Assembly (NCBI GenBank): GCA_008369845.1
Contig: MRSU01005723.1
Span: 1-32,823 of the forward strand
Direction: 5' to 3'
Source of the DNA: Trichomonas gallinae
Lineage: Eukaryota
Length of the DNA stretch: 32,823 nt
The notes under the pieces: model-generated
The model's input: only the letters and a program-made list of their open reading frames with translations
Databases searched by the model: none
Told to the model about the DNA's origin: nothing
Made by a program: the position numbers and the translations under genes
Shown: positions 1 to 9,147 of the stretch, one piece after another
Layout: each line of letters begins with the position of its first letter
Numbering within the stretch: the first letter of the stretch is position 1

Positions 1-1
1 T

Positions 2-85
2 TTGGACCTTAGCCATTTTGGCCGATTGCCGAAATTCGAGGGGGTTAACCGGCTACCGGAGACAATAGGACTAAAGTCCATTTAA
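2..85 (+). CDS. Possible 3' end of a gene entering from the left (…LDLSHFGRLPKFEGVNRLPETIGLKSI*)
   Basis: The frame starting at nt 2 is open to TAA TAA at 83-88. It is followed by a ~20-nt AT-rich spacer and the convergent stop of the ankyrin gene. Only 27 codons are visible and the same bases also fold as a hairpin, so the call is ambiguous. Confidence 0.4.
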   Translation: MDLSHFGRLPKFEGVNRLPETIGLKSI

Positions 86-105
86 TAACAAAATTTATAA
101 AAATG

Positions 106-1575
106 TTATAAGTCTTTGAGGAGCGCAATTGTTCTCGCGGCATTGACTTGTTGAGCCTTTTGGAGAGGTGTAAATCCGTATCTGTTTTTGTGATTTGGAT
201 CGGCTCCGGCTGCAAGGAGAACTTTGACAGCGTTTGAGCTGTTGAGGTATGCGGCCCATTCTAAGGCTGTCTTGTTATCACTATCCTCTTGATCGACTGG
301 GACACCCTTGGCAAGGATGGCCTTTATAACCTCTGCATTGTCATGGTGAGCGGCCCACATTAATGGTGTAAACTTATCGAGGTCTTCCAAGTTGACGTCG
401 ATGCCGGCTTCTATTAAGGCACAAGCGTATGCTGTTTGATTGCCCCTGATTGCGTGGACGAGAGCGTTCCATTTGAAGTCATCTACGTGATTAATATCAG
501 CTTTGTGTTTGAGAAGGAATTCGATATCACTAACTACTCCACCTTGAGCAGAATAGAAGAGGGCTGTCCAGTTATTGATGCCTGTTTCGTTTGCATCCCA
601 GTTTTGATCAAATAATTCTTCGAGAACATGAGTATTCTTAATGTAAGGGATGTAGCTGATTGGCTTACGGAAAGCTGATAAAATTTTTAACGTGGGATCG
701 TAACCATGCTTAACTAGGGCTCTAAATAATTCTAGATTTGATAATGTCAATATAACAGGGAAACGTTCTTGCATTAATGGTTTAACGGAAAGACCTCTGA
801 GGATTAGATAAATGTTGTAGTATTCCTCAGCTTTCTTATGGTCTGGTTCAAGGTGATTTTCTTCAATCATTGTTTGGATGTATGAGTTGAGGTGTGTCAT
901 GATGGCATTGGTCAAACAGGTCTCATCTGGTTTTTGGCCCGAGGATATGAGCGACTGAATGATTCTATCAGATTTGCCTAAAAATGCGTACTGAAGACAT
1001 TTAGAAGTAGGATCAATGTTTTTGCTACAAAGGTATGCGAATATGTTTTCCGCACCGAAGCGGCAAGCCAATTCGATTGGGGTATACATTTCCTCGTATT
1101 TATCATCAGCTCTGAGTTTGTATTGATCTTGTAAGTTGACACCTTTCTCTTCAACATATGAAGAAAAATCAGGAACATTGTCGTGGAGAATTAATCCTTG
1201 AATAGTTTGATAATCATAATAATTAAGAGCAGCCTCAAGCTCTTCTTCAGAACAGTTTTGTGCGTCAATAATATTGACAAATACTGAGTCTCGAGGATTG
1301 CGAAGGAAAGTATAATCGACTCTGTATTCTTCTTTTAATTTTTGAAGAAGATTATAGTAGGCATGAAGATTAGCAATGTTGTTAGTAGCAGCTTTGCCAA
1401 TTAAGTCAATGCAGAAAACTGGGTTTACGCTATGCTCGTTAAAGATCTTGCAGGCCTCCTCAAAGACTTGATCCTCCTCTCCATCCTTGAGTTTAAAGAT
1501 ATGCTCGGCGAATGATACATAGTACTCGAAATCTGATTGAAGCTGGGCGTTGAAGTCACTGTCGAAAGTAGACAT
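106..1575 (-). CDS. DUF3447 + ankyrin-repeat protein (489 aa)
   Basis: About 5 C-terminal ankyrin repeats (WTALFYSA, WNALVHAI, FTPLMWAA, KTALEWAA, FTPLQKA). The central segment ELACRFGAENIFAYL…CLQYAFLG…CLTNAIMTH…YYN resembles the DUF3447 domain of the expanded trichomonad ankyrin family. Confidence 0.92.
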   Translation of the reverse strand: MSTFDSDFNAQLQSDFEYYVSFAEHIFKLKDGEEDQVFEEACKIFNEHSVNPVFCIDLIGKAATNNIANLHAYYNLLQKLKEEYRVDYTFLRNPRDSVFVNIIDAQNCSEEELEAALNYYDYQTIQGLILHDNVPDFSSYVEEKGVNLQDQYKLRADDKYEEMYTPIELACRFGAENIFAYLCSKNIDPTSKCLQYAFLGKSDRIIQSLISSGQKPDETCLTNAIMTHLNSYIQTMIEENHLEPDHKKAEEYYNIYLILRGLSVKPLMQERFPVILTLSNLELFRALVKHGYDPTLKILSAFRKPISYIPYIKNTHVLEELFDQNWDANETGINNWTALFYSAQGGVVSDIEFLLKHKADINHVDDFKWNALVHAIRGNQTAYACALIEAGIDVNLEDLDKFTPLMWAAHHDNAEVIKAILAKGVPVDQEDSDNKTALEWAAYLNSSNAVKVLLAAGADPNHKNRYGFTPLQKAQQVNAARTIALLKDL

Positions 1576-1584
1576 GAAAAAAAA

Positions 1585-1592
1585 GTCACTTT
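1585..1592 (-). promoter_or_regulatory. AAAGTGAC core-promoter motif (T. vaginalis M2-like)
   Basis: GTCACTTT on the + strand, 9 nt upstream of the ankyrin gene ATG. Confidence 0.6.
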
Positions 1593-2500
1593 TAAAAATT
1601 ATTTTCCATCAAATTTCGCATTTTTCGAAAACATACTTATATTGCATTTATAATCATATATTTCTATTTTTAAGTCGTTTATCATTTTATCACCGACAAG
1701 TTATAATTATGACAATTTACAAAAACCGAAATTTGGTAATAAACAACTATTTTCAATTCAACTTTCAATTTAAGTGAAAATAATCATATGCCTGATGATG
1801 ATAGTTTTCACGTATTTTTACGCGCTGTTGGATATTATGTCCGTTTACAAAAAATAAAAGAAAAAGGTTTAGAAAAACTAGATGAAATATTACTCTGAAA
1901 TAATTCATATTTTTGGTGGTAAAACAAAACTTTTTCGGTGGTAAATCATGCCATAAGACATATGTATTCCATGGTGTTTGAGGAAAGCTCATTAATTTGC
2001 AATAGTATAAGCTATAGTATTACTCAATATAATTTAATTCATCATAGATGTCAACATTCATGTGATAAAAACATTCATATTTTACCGAAGATATATTTGA
2101 AAATTTGAATCTCCATTGATAGACTTCAACTTAATTATATAATGTAATTGTAAACTTCAAAGAGACCAATCGGAATGAGTAATTTCATAGCTTAGAAATA
2201 TATATATGCTTGTAGTTGCATTGAGTTTATACATGAATATCATTAGCATATATCTCAACTAATATACCTTAATATGGTATACAAACTAGTAAATGTATGA
2301 GATTATTAAAATGAATTATCGTAAATTCTATCCAATGCCAAGATATATTCAAAACTTTTTTTTCTTGGATTCAACGTAAATAATTTTCTACAAAATCTCG
2401 ATTATGTTGTGTTGTAAATGCATTTTGGTGTAAACATGAATATGTCGATCACATTTTATTTGATAGCATTACAAAGAAGTATTTCTCGGTTAAAACGTTC

Positions 2501-3157
2501 TTACTTAACATGAATAACGCCATTCTTCGATATGTGACCAATAATACTGACATCATCGTCATCATCGTGGAAACTGACGAAATCTTCGTTTCCAGAGTTT
2601 CCATCGACAATAATTTCGCCAAAAAGATCCATTTTGTTGATGGCAATGCATGGAGGCCATCCTGGGCATGCTTCATTCTGAATCAGTCTTACATATTGAG
2701 TAACGTAAGTCTTATCTAACTGGTAGGTCTTAGAATTGCAGTGCCTCATTGTGTCATCTCTTTCAACTTTGTGAATGTCAGTCCAAGTCTTGTTATCATC
2801 AGAAATCTGAAGAGACCAGGAATAAAGGCAACAATCAACGCAATAATCGTATTCTTCGCAGCAGCAGGCTGTGTAACAGCATCCAGCACGAATATAATAT
2901 CCATTCATTTTGATTTTTCTATCTCTAAGAGTAAATGATATCCAAGGGTGCTCACTGTACGATCTCCCGCAATTTGAGCACCAGTCATATCTTTTATCAA
3001 CAGGATCAATAGCATATATTGGTTTTGTCATCTGCTTCGTTCCATTTATAACTTGCTTCGTAGAACCACTTGCTTCGACTTGTATGACATCATAATAATA
3101 AACTTTACTGAAAATTCCGTTTTCACTCGTAGAAAATGCAAAAAAAAGGGAAATCAT
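2501..3157 (-). CDS. Secreted Cys-rich F5/8 type C (discoidin/galactose-binding-like) domain protein (218 aa)
   Basis: Short hydrophobic N-terminus. Motifs DWCS…PWISF…MNGYYIR…SWSLQISDDNKTWTDIH…YVRLIQ…MDLFG are typical of this fold. Cys cluster CCYTACCCEEYDYCVDCC and an acidic tail DDDDDVSIIGHI. Confidence 0.8.
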   Translation of the reverse strand: MISLFFAFSTSENGIFSKVYYYDVIQVEASGSTKQVINGTKQMTKPIYAIDPVDKRYDWCSNCGRSYSEHPWISFTLRDRKIKMNGYYIRAGCCYTACCCEEYDYCVDCCLYSWSLQISDDNKTWTDIHKVERDDTMRHCNSKTYQLDKTYVTQYVRLIQNEACPGWPPCIAINKMDLFGEIIVDGNSGNEDFVSFHDDDDDVSIIGHISKNGVIHVK

Positions 3158-3164
3158 TATTCAT

Positions 3165-3172
3165 GTCACTTT
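3165..3172 (-). promoter_or_regulatory. AAAGTGAC core-promoter motif (M2-like)
   Basis: GTCACTTT on the + strand, 7 nt upstream of the F5/8 gene ATG. Confidence 0.6.
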
Positions 3173-3370
3173 TCAAAATAGGATCTGCATATTCAAAGGC
3201 CCCTAAATTTCTTATTCTAAGACCCTCTATTTTATATTTTTAGTGGTGGTTGGCTCCACTACATTATATTTCTTGGTAAATACGATTTAAAAAACCAAAA
3301 TCTTGATTGTGTAGCTGTCAGCCCCTGTTTAATTTGAGTTGGGATCAGACCCCTTCAAAATTATTCTAAA

Positions 3371-4351
3371 ATGTTTTTGCTTTTTTGGGCTTTTGCTGTT
3401 TCTTGGTGGGGAGAGCCACATTACTTCATTGCCAGACTCGCAGAAACAATGCTCACATCTCCGCAGAAGAAATATATCAACCGTGTTCTTTCTTCTTGGG
3501 AAAGTGAAAAAGCTGAATTTCATGATACAGGAAACTGGCACGATGATTTGAAGCCAATTGGCATGCCGTTGATGGTTCCATGGCATTTTAGAAACGAGCC
3601 TGTCGTTGATCCGCAATATGATCTTAAAACTTACAAAGTGTCATACAATGTTACTGATATTAACAGAGATTGCTTATCAACAATCAATGATAAGACTACA
3701 ACAAGCTTTTGGATCCTTGGTTTCTGCTTCCGTTCATTGGCCCACTTTGTTGCAGACGCTCACTGCCCAGTTCACGCATCATGCTATTTCAGCGCTGAGT
3801 TCCCGCAAGGTGATGGTGGCGCTACAAAAGAAAAAGACGTCTGTCCGATTGATGAAGTTTGCAGCAAGCTTCATTTCGTTTGGGATAGCGGCTGTTTGAA
3901 CTTCCAGACATACCCTATACCACACGATAAAATTGAGGAAGCAGAACACAATATCACAAAAGTGTGGCCTAATTATCCACCAGAACAACACTATCCACAT
4001 ACATACAAGTCCATTGATCCTCTTGTTTGGCAAACTGAAGCATATGAAGTTGCTAAAGATTACACATTTGGTCTTTTCTATCCAAATCGTGTTATTGATA
4101 GTAATTATTTCAATAAAACACAGCCTCCAGCAGCTAAGCTTATCTCTGTTGCTGCCTACCGCCTTGGATTGGTTCTTCAGACATTCTTCAAAAATAGAGA
4201 ATTCAGTCTTCCAGGAGAAAGAGGTCGTATCTGGGAAGTTGTTGCCTGGGTTATTGATGCTGTTCTTGCTTTAGTTGCAATTGTTTATTCTGTTATAGTT
4301 TTCAAAGGAAACAAGAGATCATCAATGTTTTCACCTCTTCACACCGCTTAA
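3371..4351 (+). CDS. S1/P1 (class I) nuclease / 3'-nucleotidase, type I membrane protein (326 aa)
   Basis: Signal peptide, then mature N-terminus WWGEPH. Zn-ligand motifs WHDDLK, WHF, HFVADAHCPVH, GDGG and KLHFVWDSG, plus AAYRL. C-terminal TM helix VVAWVIDAVLALVAIVYSVIVF. Confidence 0.93.
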   Translation: MFLLFWAFAVSWWGEPHYFIARLAETMLTSPQKKYINRVLSSWESEKAEFHDTGNWHDDLKPIGMPLMVPWHFRNEPVVDPQYDLKTYKVSYNVTDINRDCLSTINDKTTTSFWILGFCFRSLAHFVADAHCPVHASCYFSAEFPQGDGGATKEKDVCPIDEVCSKLHFVWDSGCLNFQTYPIPHDKIEEAEHNITKVWPNYPPEQHYPHTYKSIDPLVWQTEAYEVAKDYTFGLFYPNRVIDSNYFNKTQPPAAKLISVAAYRLGLVLQTFFKNREFSLPGERGRIWEVVAWVIDAVLALVAIVYSVIVFKGNKRSSMFSPLHTA

Positions 4352-5448
4352 TCTCCTTATATTCTTTCTTAGACTATAAAAAACTATTTGTACACTTCAT
4401 TTTCCCTCTCGCAGAGACATTGACAATTTGATTTTTATTTTGATGTTTTCTGTAGAACTTAATATAATAAAATCATACATGTGTTTTCGATATATATACA
4501 TTAATTCGATCATTCATAATGAAAAGAATTGAAATTATATGAATATATCTCTCACCTTATGCATTTATTCTTGTGTAACGTACGGGTAATGATTAATTTC
4601 ATGTGCTGTCTCTAAAAAGAACCTTTTTCCTTCATTAGCGAGTTGATCTCTAAATAATTTGAAAAACCATCAGCCTTATATTATTATTTACTGAAACATT
4701 TAAATTTGTGTTATGATACAAGAAAACTCTAGTTCTGTTCATCGTTACAATGCCTTTACCTTTCATAATAAATTTTGAAATCAAAAATCATTAACATTTT
4801 TAGTAATAATCTCCAATGAAAATAATTGTATATATTCAATGTAATTGTTTAATACAATAAACAGAGTTTTAGCACCTTAAAACAGCTGTAAGAGTAACTT
4901 CGGTAATGATTTAATTTCTATTCTATATTGTCATTGAATACTAGAATATAATCATCATTTTCTATATCAAGATATGTTTTGAGGGTGTTCAGAACAATAA
5001 CACATGATTTCGATCAAGATTTAATTATCCCTGATCGATATATAATTATGATAGTATCCTCCAACCTTATATAAGTCTCTTAAAGTTTGTGTGGTTAAAT
5101 ATCTCGTGGCAGAATCGCTGCAGAAAAAGAGAAACACTTTGACATAAAATTTTACTAACCTTAACCTTACAATCTCATGCAAAAACATATTGTTGACTAT
5201 TCTTTGTTATATTTTTGGGGAAATTTTAGTAACCTTAATAACCTTAGATTATCCGACATAAAGAGTTGTTTATTCGATAGTATATATTAAAAATTTGACG
5301 AAATTTCCAAAAATGATGAAATAAACTTTTTGTGTTGAAAATTATCGGTTTCTTCTCAATTTTTATGACATGCCAAAATCACTATCACATATGTTATATA
5401 AGTTAATAACTTTTCCTAATTTTTTGAAAAAAAAATAACCAATTAAAA

Positions 5449-5817
5449 ATGCATAAGAAACCTAAGTCAGGAAGCGACTCAAAACTTGATGCCGGAGAGA
5501 TAGAAAGGCACAGGGTATCAAGACGCTTGGGCAAGTTCAACTACAAAACATGTCCGACCTACCAAATCCTTAAGGATTTATTTGGCCCGAGAAGAAGCAA
5601 GACGGAATTGTTAAGTTTGGCTACATGCCTCTGCCTTAGAATACCGGAATTAAAACTTGACAGAGAGGCGAAACGAAGAAAATGCGTATTAATTAAATGG
5701 TTTGACGATAATATCGAACTGATTCGACCCTACCTTCAATTTTACATGTTTACAGACGAAAAACTGCAGAAAATTGAAGATGATCCAGTTGATAACTCCT
5801 CGGAAGGTCTAATCTGA
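5449..5817 (+). CDS. Small basic hypothetical protein (122 aa), trichomonad-type family with LDREAKRRKxVLIKWFDDN motif
   Basis: ATG in an A-rich context and coding-like GC inside AT-rich flanks. The motif is familiar from parabasalid hypothetical proteins. Function unknown. Confidence 0.8.
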   Translation: MHKKPKSGSDSKLDAGEIERHRVSRRLGKFNYKTCPTYQILKDLFGPRRSKTELLSLATCLCLRIPELKLDREAKRRKCVLIKWFDDNIELIRPYLQFYMFTDEKLQKIEDDPVDNSSEGLI

Positions 5818-6047
5818 TAATGATAGGCTTTTCCTTATTACTATTTTCCAACCCAAATACCTTAATTATTAATGATCTTAACCATGACTGATGTTTTGCG
5901 CTTTAATTAGTTTTTAATCGAAATTGATTAACTTTTCAGTTTTGTTTATTTAAACGTGCGAACCTTTTTTAATACTATTTATATAATCTAAATTTTTAGT
6001 TAATTACTTCTTACGAGTCATTTTTGTAAAATACATATTTACTTCGC

Positions 6048-6338
6048 ATGCAAAGTCAATACATTCACGCCACATCTATTGCAAAATTGAGTTCCATACA
6101 GCCTGGTAATGAGTCTGCCCTAGTTCAAGTTAATGGAAAATGGAGAACTTTCCCAACAATTTTGATTAATAACATTGAAGAGTTAAAAATGAATGAAACA
6201 AATATAATGATAAGAATAAGCAACAATTCCGATCAAATTAGGTTTGCAAGCAACAGTGAAAACGGCGAAAATAATTATACCAAAATTCCAATTCATCCTT
6301 ACACGAAACGAATTTATCCAACTATCACTACAGACTGA
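6048..6338 (+). CDS. Hypothetical protein (96 aa)
   Basis: ATG-initiated ORF in AT-rich DNA with an Inr-like TCATT at 6018-6022. No recognisable domain. Confidence 0.55.
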   Translation: MQSQYIHATSIAKLSSIQPGNESALVQVNGKWRTFPTILINNIEELKMNETNIMIRISNNSDQIRFASNSENGENNYTKIPIHPYTKRIYPTITTD

Positions 6339-6587
6339 ATACAATTTGATTCATCATTAATTTATGTTTAGTAATTTAATATTTAGGTTACGATTATTCT
6401 CCAGCGTTAGTTAAACCTTTGTAGTTAATACAAAAGTTACTAACCTTATTACAATCATAACAATCCATGGATTTAGCCAAACATATTATATCCGATACAA
6501 TGTTAACTCTTTTGTTTAAAAATAATAGCTCTATTAGTAACAGTGAATGATACATTTAGATGAAATAAACAATAATAAAGTGAAAAA

Positions 6588-7436
6588 TTACATTTCGTAT
6601 GATGTGACGGTAGCAGAATTTGTTATATATATAATACCTATAGATATGAGTAAGTTCGGAAGAATAAGTCCGAATACTTCTGTTGCAAGTTGAAATCTAA
6701 CAACAACATTATATTTTTCATGAATTAAGTCTATGTATTCTATGCCTGACGTGTTGACATAAGCCAGGAACATAGTATTCATGAATGTATAAAATAGTAG
6801 AAGAAATGCAACAGTTGATGTTCCTATAACCATATTTCGGAAAAAGTTTCTTGGCAATCCAGAGATTTGAAGGTCGTATATCTGAGAAAGCATATCAACT
6901 GAGTTGAATAAGAATGTTATGAATGAAATTAAATAGGTTATAATAACGAAGACTGTTGATAGCGGATAGAAGTACCATTTTCTCATCATTATAATGAACA
7001 TCACTATCTCTATCAAAAACAATACTCCGAAAACGCCACAGAGAATAAAAATCGTACGAAGTCTATTTGTCGATGAATACATTGGATTCAAGGTTTGAGA
7101 AACCTTGAGAATGAATATCGTAAGTAAAATTAATGGTAGGAAGTTCGCATATGGCTTAATAATGTAAACCAAGAAATCTTCTGCTGCATTGTCCGTTGTC
7201 AGCTTTGAGAAGAAAGTAACAATGCTGCATATAGTTGAGAGTAACTGTAAAATCCAAAATACGATTTGCGTCCAATTTGATTTAAGTGATGTTTTGATTG
7301 ATGAATAAATGCATAAACCAAATCGATACAAATAGAAACACAGCACGCCAAGCATTGGCATGTCGAATATCCAATGGAATGGGTCTGTGTAACATTTACT
7401 AAGACTTCCATTCATTAAACATTCTTCACTTGGCAT
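6588..7436 (-). CDS. Multi-pass membrane protein with about 7 TM helices (282 aa), GPCR-like / TOM1-THH1-like topology
   Basis: Seven hydrophobic ~22-aa segments with short loops and a short N-terminus carrying two Cys. Confidence 0.8.
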   Translation of the reverse strand: MPSEECLMNGSLSKCYTDPFHWIFDMPMLGVLCFYLYRFGLCIYSSIKTSLKSNWTQIVFWILQLLSTICSIVTFFSKLTTDNAAEDFLVYIIKPYANFLPLILLTIFILKVSQTLNPMYSSTNRLRTIFILCGVFGVLFLIEIVMFIIMMRKWYFYPLSTVFVIITYLISFITFLFNSVDMLSQIYDLQISGLPRNFFRNMVIGTSTVAFLLLFYTFMNTMFLAYVNTSGIEYIDLIHEKYNVVVRFQLATEVFGLILPNLLISIGIIYITNSATVTSYEM

Positions 7437-7445
7437 TTTTGAGAA

Positions 7446-7465
7446 TTTTTTTTTTTTTTTTTTTT
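7446..7465. repeat. Poly-T(20) homopolymer (poly-A on the coding strand) just upstream of the 7-TM gene
   Basis: Direct read of the sequence. Confidence 0.9.
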
Positions 7466-7885
7466 CATTTCACAACAATTTATCAAATTCGATTTGATTT
7501 TAAATACTCTCATATGGATCTATCTAAATAATGTAGTAAACCTTTTGATTTCGAATCTAAAATTTCGTGTTTTTTATGCAAATTTTTAAAAATCAAATAA
7601 AAACACTACTTTTTTTCTAATTATAAAAAAGCAAATGAAACAAAATGTATTTCTTTTTCATGTGCCAAACGTCATATCTCAATCAGATCTATCCAAATTT
7701 CTGATTGGTTCTTTGAAATTCAGCAACTATTCTTCATCAATAAAATATTCATACAAATTACAAATTTTTATTGGTTGCCCAGTCAAGATTGTCGTAGTAA
7801 CACATATTGGCTTTATCTAAAGAAAGTGTAAAAATTTATATGAAAGAAAGTTTACGTAACAGAACAATTTTAAAGTAGGTAATGA

Positions 7886-8782
7886 TTACTCATCATTCAG
7901 AGTAGTTTTTGGCTTGAATTTCTTAAGAGATTCTTTGTAAGCGGATTTAATTTGTGCAATTGTTTGATTTCTAAGTATTGTTGTCTTAACATTGCGGTTT
8001 ATATCCTTCATCAATTCAATTTGCATGGTAGTTATGTCTTTATTGCACATAACTTTTAATTTGTTGATTTCAGAGGCTTTCTCTGATTTAAGCTTATTTA
8101 TTCCAGTTGTAAGCTGCGCAGATAATGTTGTTAATTCGTTTCTTTGTGCTTTGAGGACCTCTTTACGTACATAAAGATAATCCTTTTTATTTGTATTTTT
8201 GATAAAATCGTGATAATTTACATGTTGCGATGAAGCCTGATCGAACAGGTCCTGGGCTCTTTCATACTTCTTGAGTTGGGCGGCTTTATCTGCTCTATCA
8301 ATCAAATTAAATACTTCTTGTGGAATCTTTGCGGTTTGCTTTGAATGACGCAGAATATACTCCTTCTCATACTCTACAAGGATCTGAATATGCTGGATTT
8401 GCAATTGATGAAAAGAGTCGCTAATTACAACTCGTAAGTCATGCAATTCTTTAGAATATCTCTTGCTAATTTCATCAACTTTATCTTGATATGATTTCAC
8501 GATGTCATCTACGCGATCATTATAAATTTTCATGTAATTATTAAGATGTTCATCATTAGTTTGCGTCATTTTCTTTTTAATCTTTCCATCAACGACTTCA
8601 GCCTTCTTGTACTCGTATTTCTCGATTAATTCGTCTTTTAAGCGCTGTAATTCTTCAATGGTCATTTCATTCAAGTCTAAAACGAATTCATTTGTAACTT
8701 CTACTTTACTGTCACAACTTCCTGAGACTTTTGATGTTGGATGACTGATAAGAATCGAATTACTTTGCGCTGACTTACTCAT
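7886..8782 (-). CDS. Coiled-coil hypothetical protein (298 aa) with UVR-like helical-hairpin motifs
   Basis: K/E/Q-rich helical sequence. Motifs LKDELIEKYEYKKAEVV and ADKAAQLKKYERAQDL. Confidence 0.85.
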   Translation of the reverse strand: MSKSAQSNSILISHPTSKVSGSCDSKVEVTNEFVLDLNEMTIEELQRLKDELIEKYEYKKAEVVDGKIKKKMTQTNDEHLNNYMKIYNDRVDDIVKSYQDKVDEISKRYSKELHDLRVVISDSFHQLQIQHIQILVEYEKEYILRHSKQTAKIPQEVFNLIDRADKAAQLKKYERAQDLFDQASSQHVNYHDFIKNTNKKDYLYVRKEVLKAQRNELTTLSAQLTTGINKLKSEKASEINKLKVMCNKDITTMQIELMKDINRNVKTTILRNQTIAQIKSAYKESLKKFKPKTTLNDE

Positions 8783-8807
8783 TATATTTTGTCAATTTTA
8801 TTTCGTA

Positions 8808-9106
8808 TGTCAAATGAAGTTTACACGATATTTTTTGACATATACAAACTTTACATGATTATTTTTGACATAAATATATTTTACATGACATTTTTGACAA
8901 AATTTCAATGAAAAGAACATTTTTTTGTCTTGTAAAGTCGACATTTTTATCTTTTTTTTCAACGATAAGATAATTTTTTTGACATAATCAAACTTTACAT
9001 GATTTTTTTTGACAAAAATTTCAATGATAAAATGATTTTTTGACACAAATTTTTGCCAATAATTCAACGATAAGATAAATTTTTGTCTTGTAAAATCGAC
9101 ACTTTT
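8808..9106. repeat. Degenerate ~30-bp repeat array (TTTACAYGAtwTTTTTGACA) in a bidirectional promoter
   Basis: TTTTGACA at 8833, 8863, 8892, 8977, 9007 and 9038. TTCAACGATAAGATAA at 8958 and 9063. TTTTTGTCTTGTAAARTCGACAYTTTT at ~8922 and ~9080. Confidence 0.85.
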
Positions 9107-9147
9107 GTGAATTTTTGCTCAATCATAAAAAATTTATTCGTTAATTC

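Noticed and set aside
1550..1992. 75-aa ORFs at 1550 and 1765 (and similar ones at 7635, 10535, 11106, 11325)
   Set aside because: F/I/L/K/Y-rich translations of AT-rich intergenic DNA, some with non-ATG starts.
5156..5245. Telomere-like TAACC repeats
   Set aside because: Only scattered copies, not a tandem tract.
5807..5826. 20-nt GT…AG intron that would remove the four stop codons
   Set aside because: Too short, no trichomonad splice consensus, and the extension is not protein-like.
7446..7465. Poly-A tail of a retroposed element
   Set aside because: No target-site duplication or element body is recognisable.
8821..9045. CRISPR-like repeat-spacer array
   Set aside because: The repeats are short and degenerate, the spacers are too short and related to each other, there are no cas genes, and the context is eukaryotic.
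8810..9067. 85-aa ORF with HVKF.YVKK repeats
   Set aside because: It is a translation of the AT-rich repeat array with a non-ATG start.
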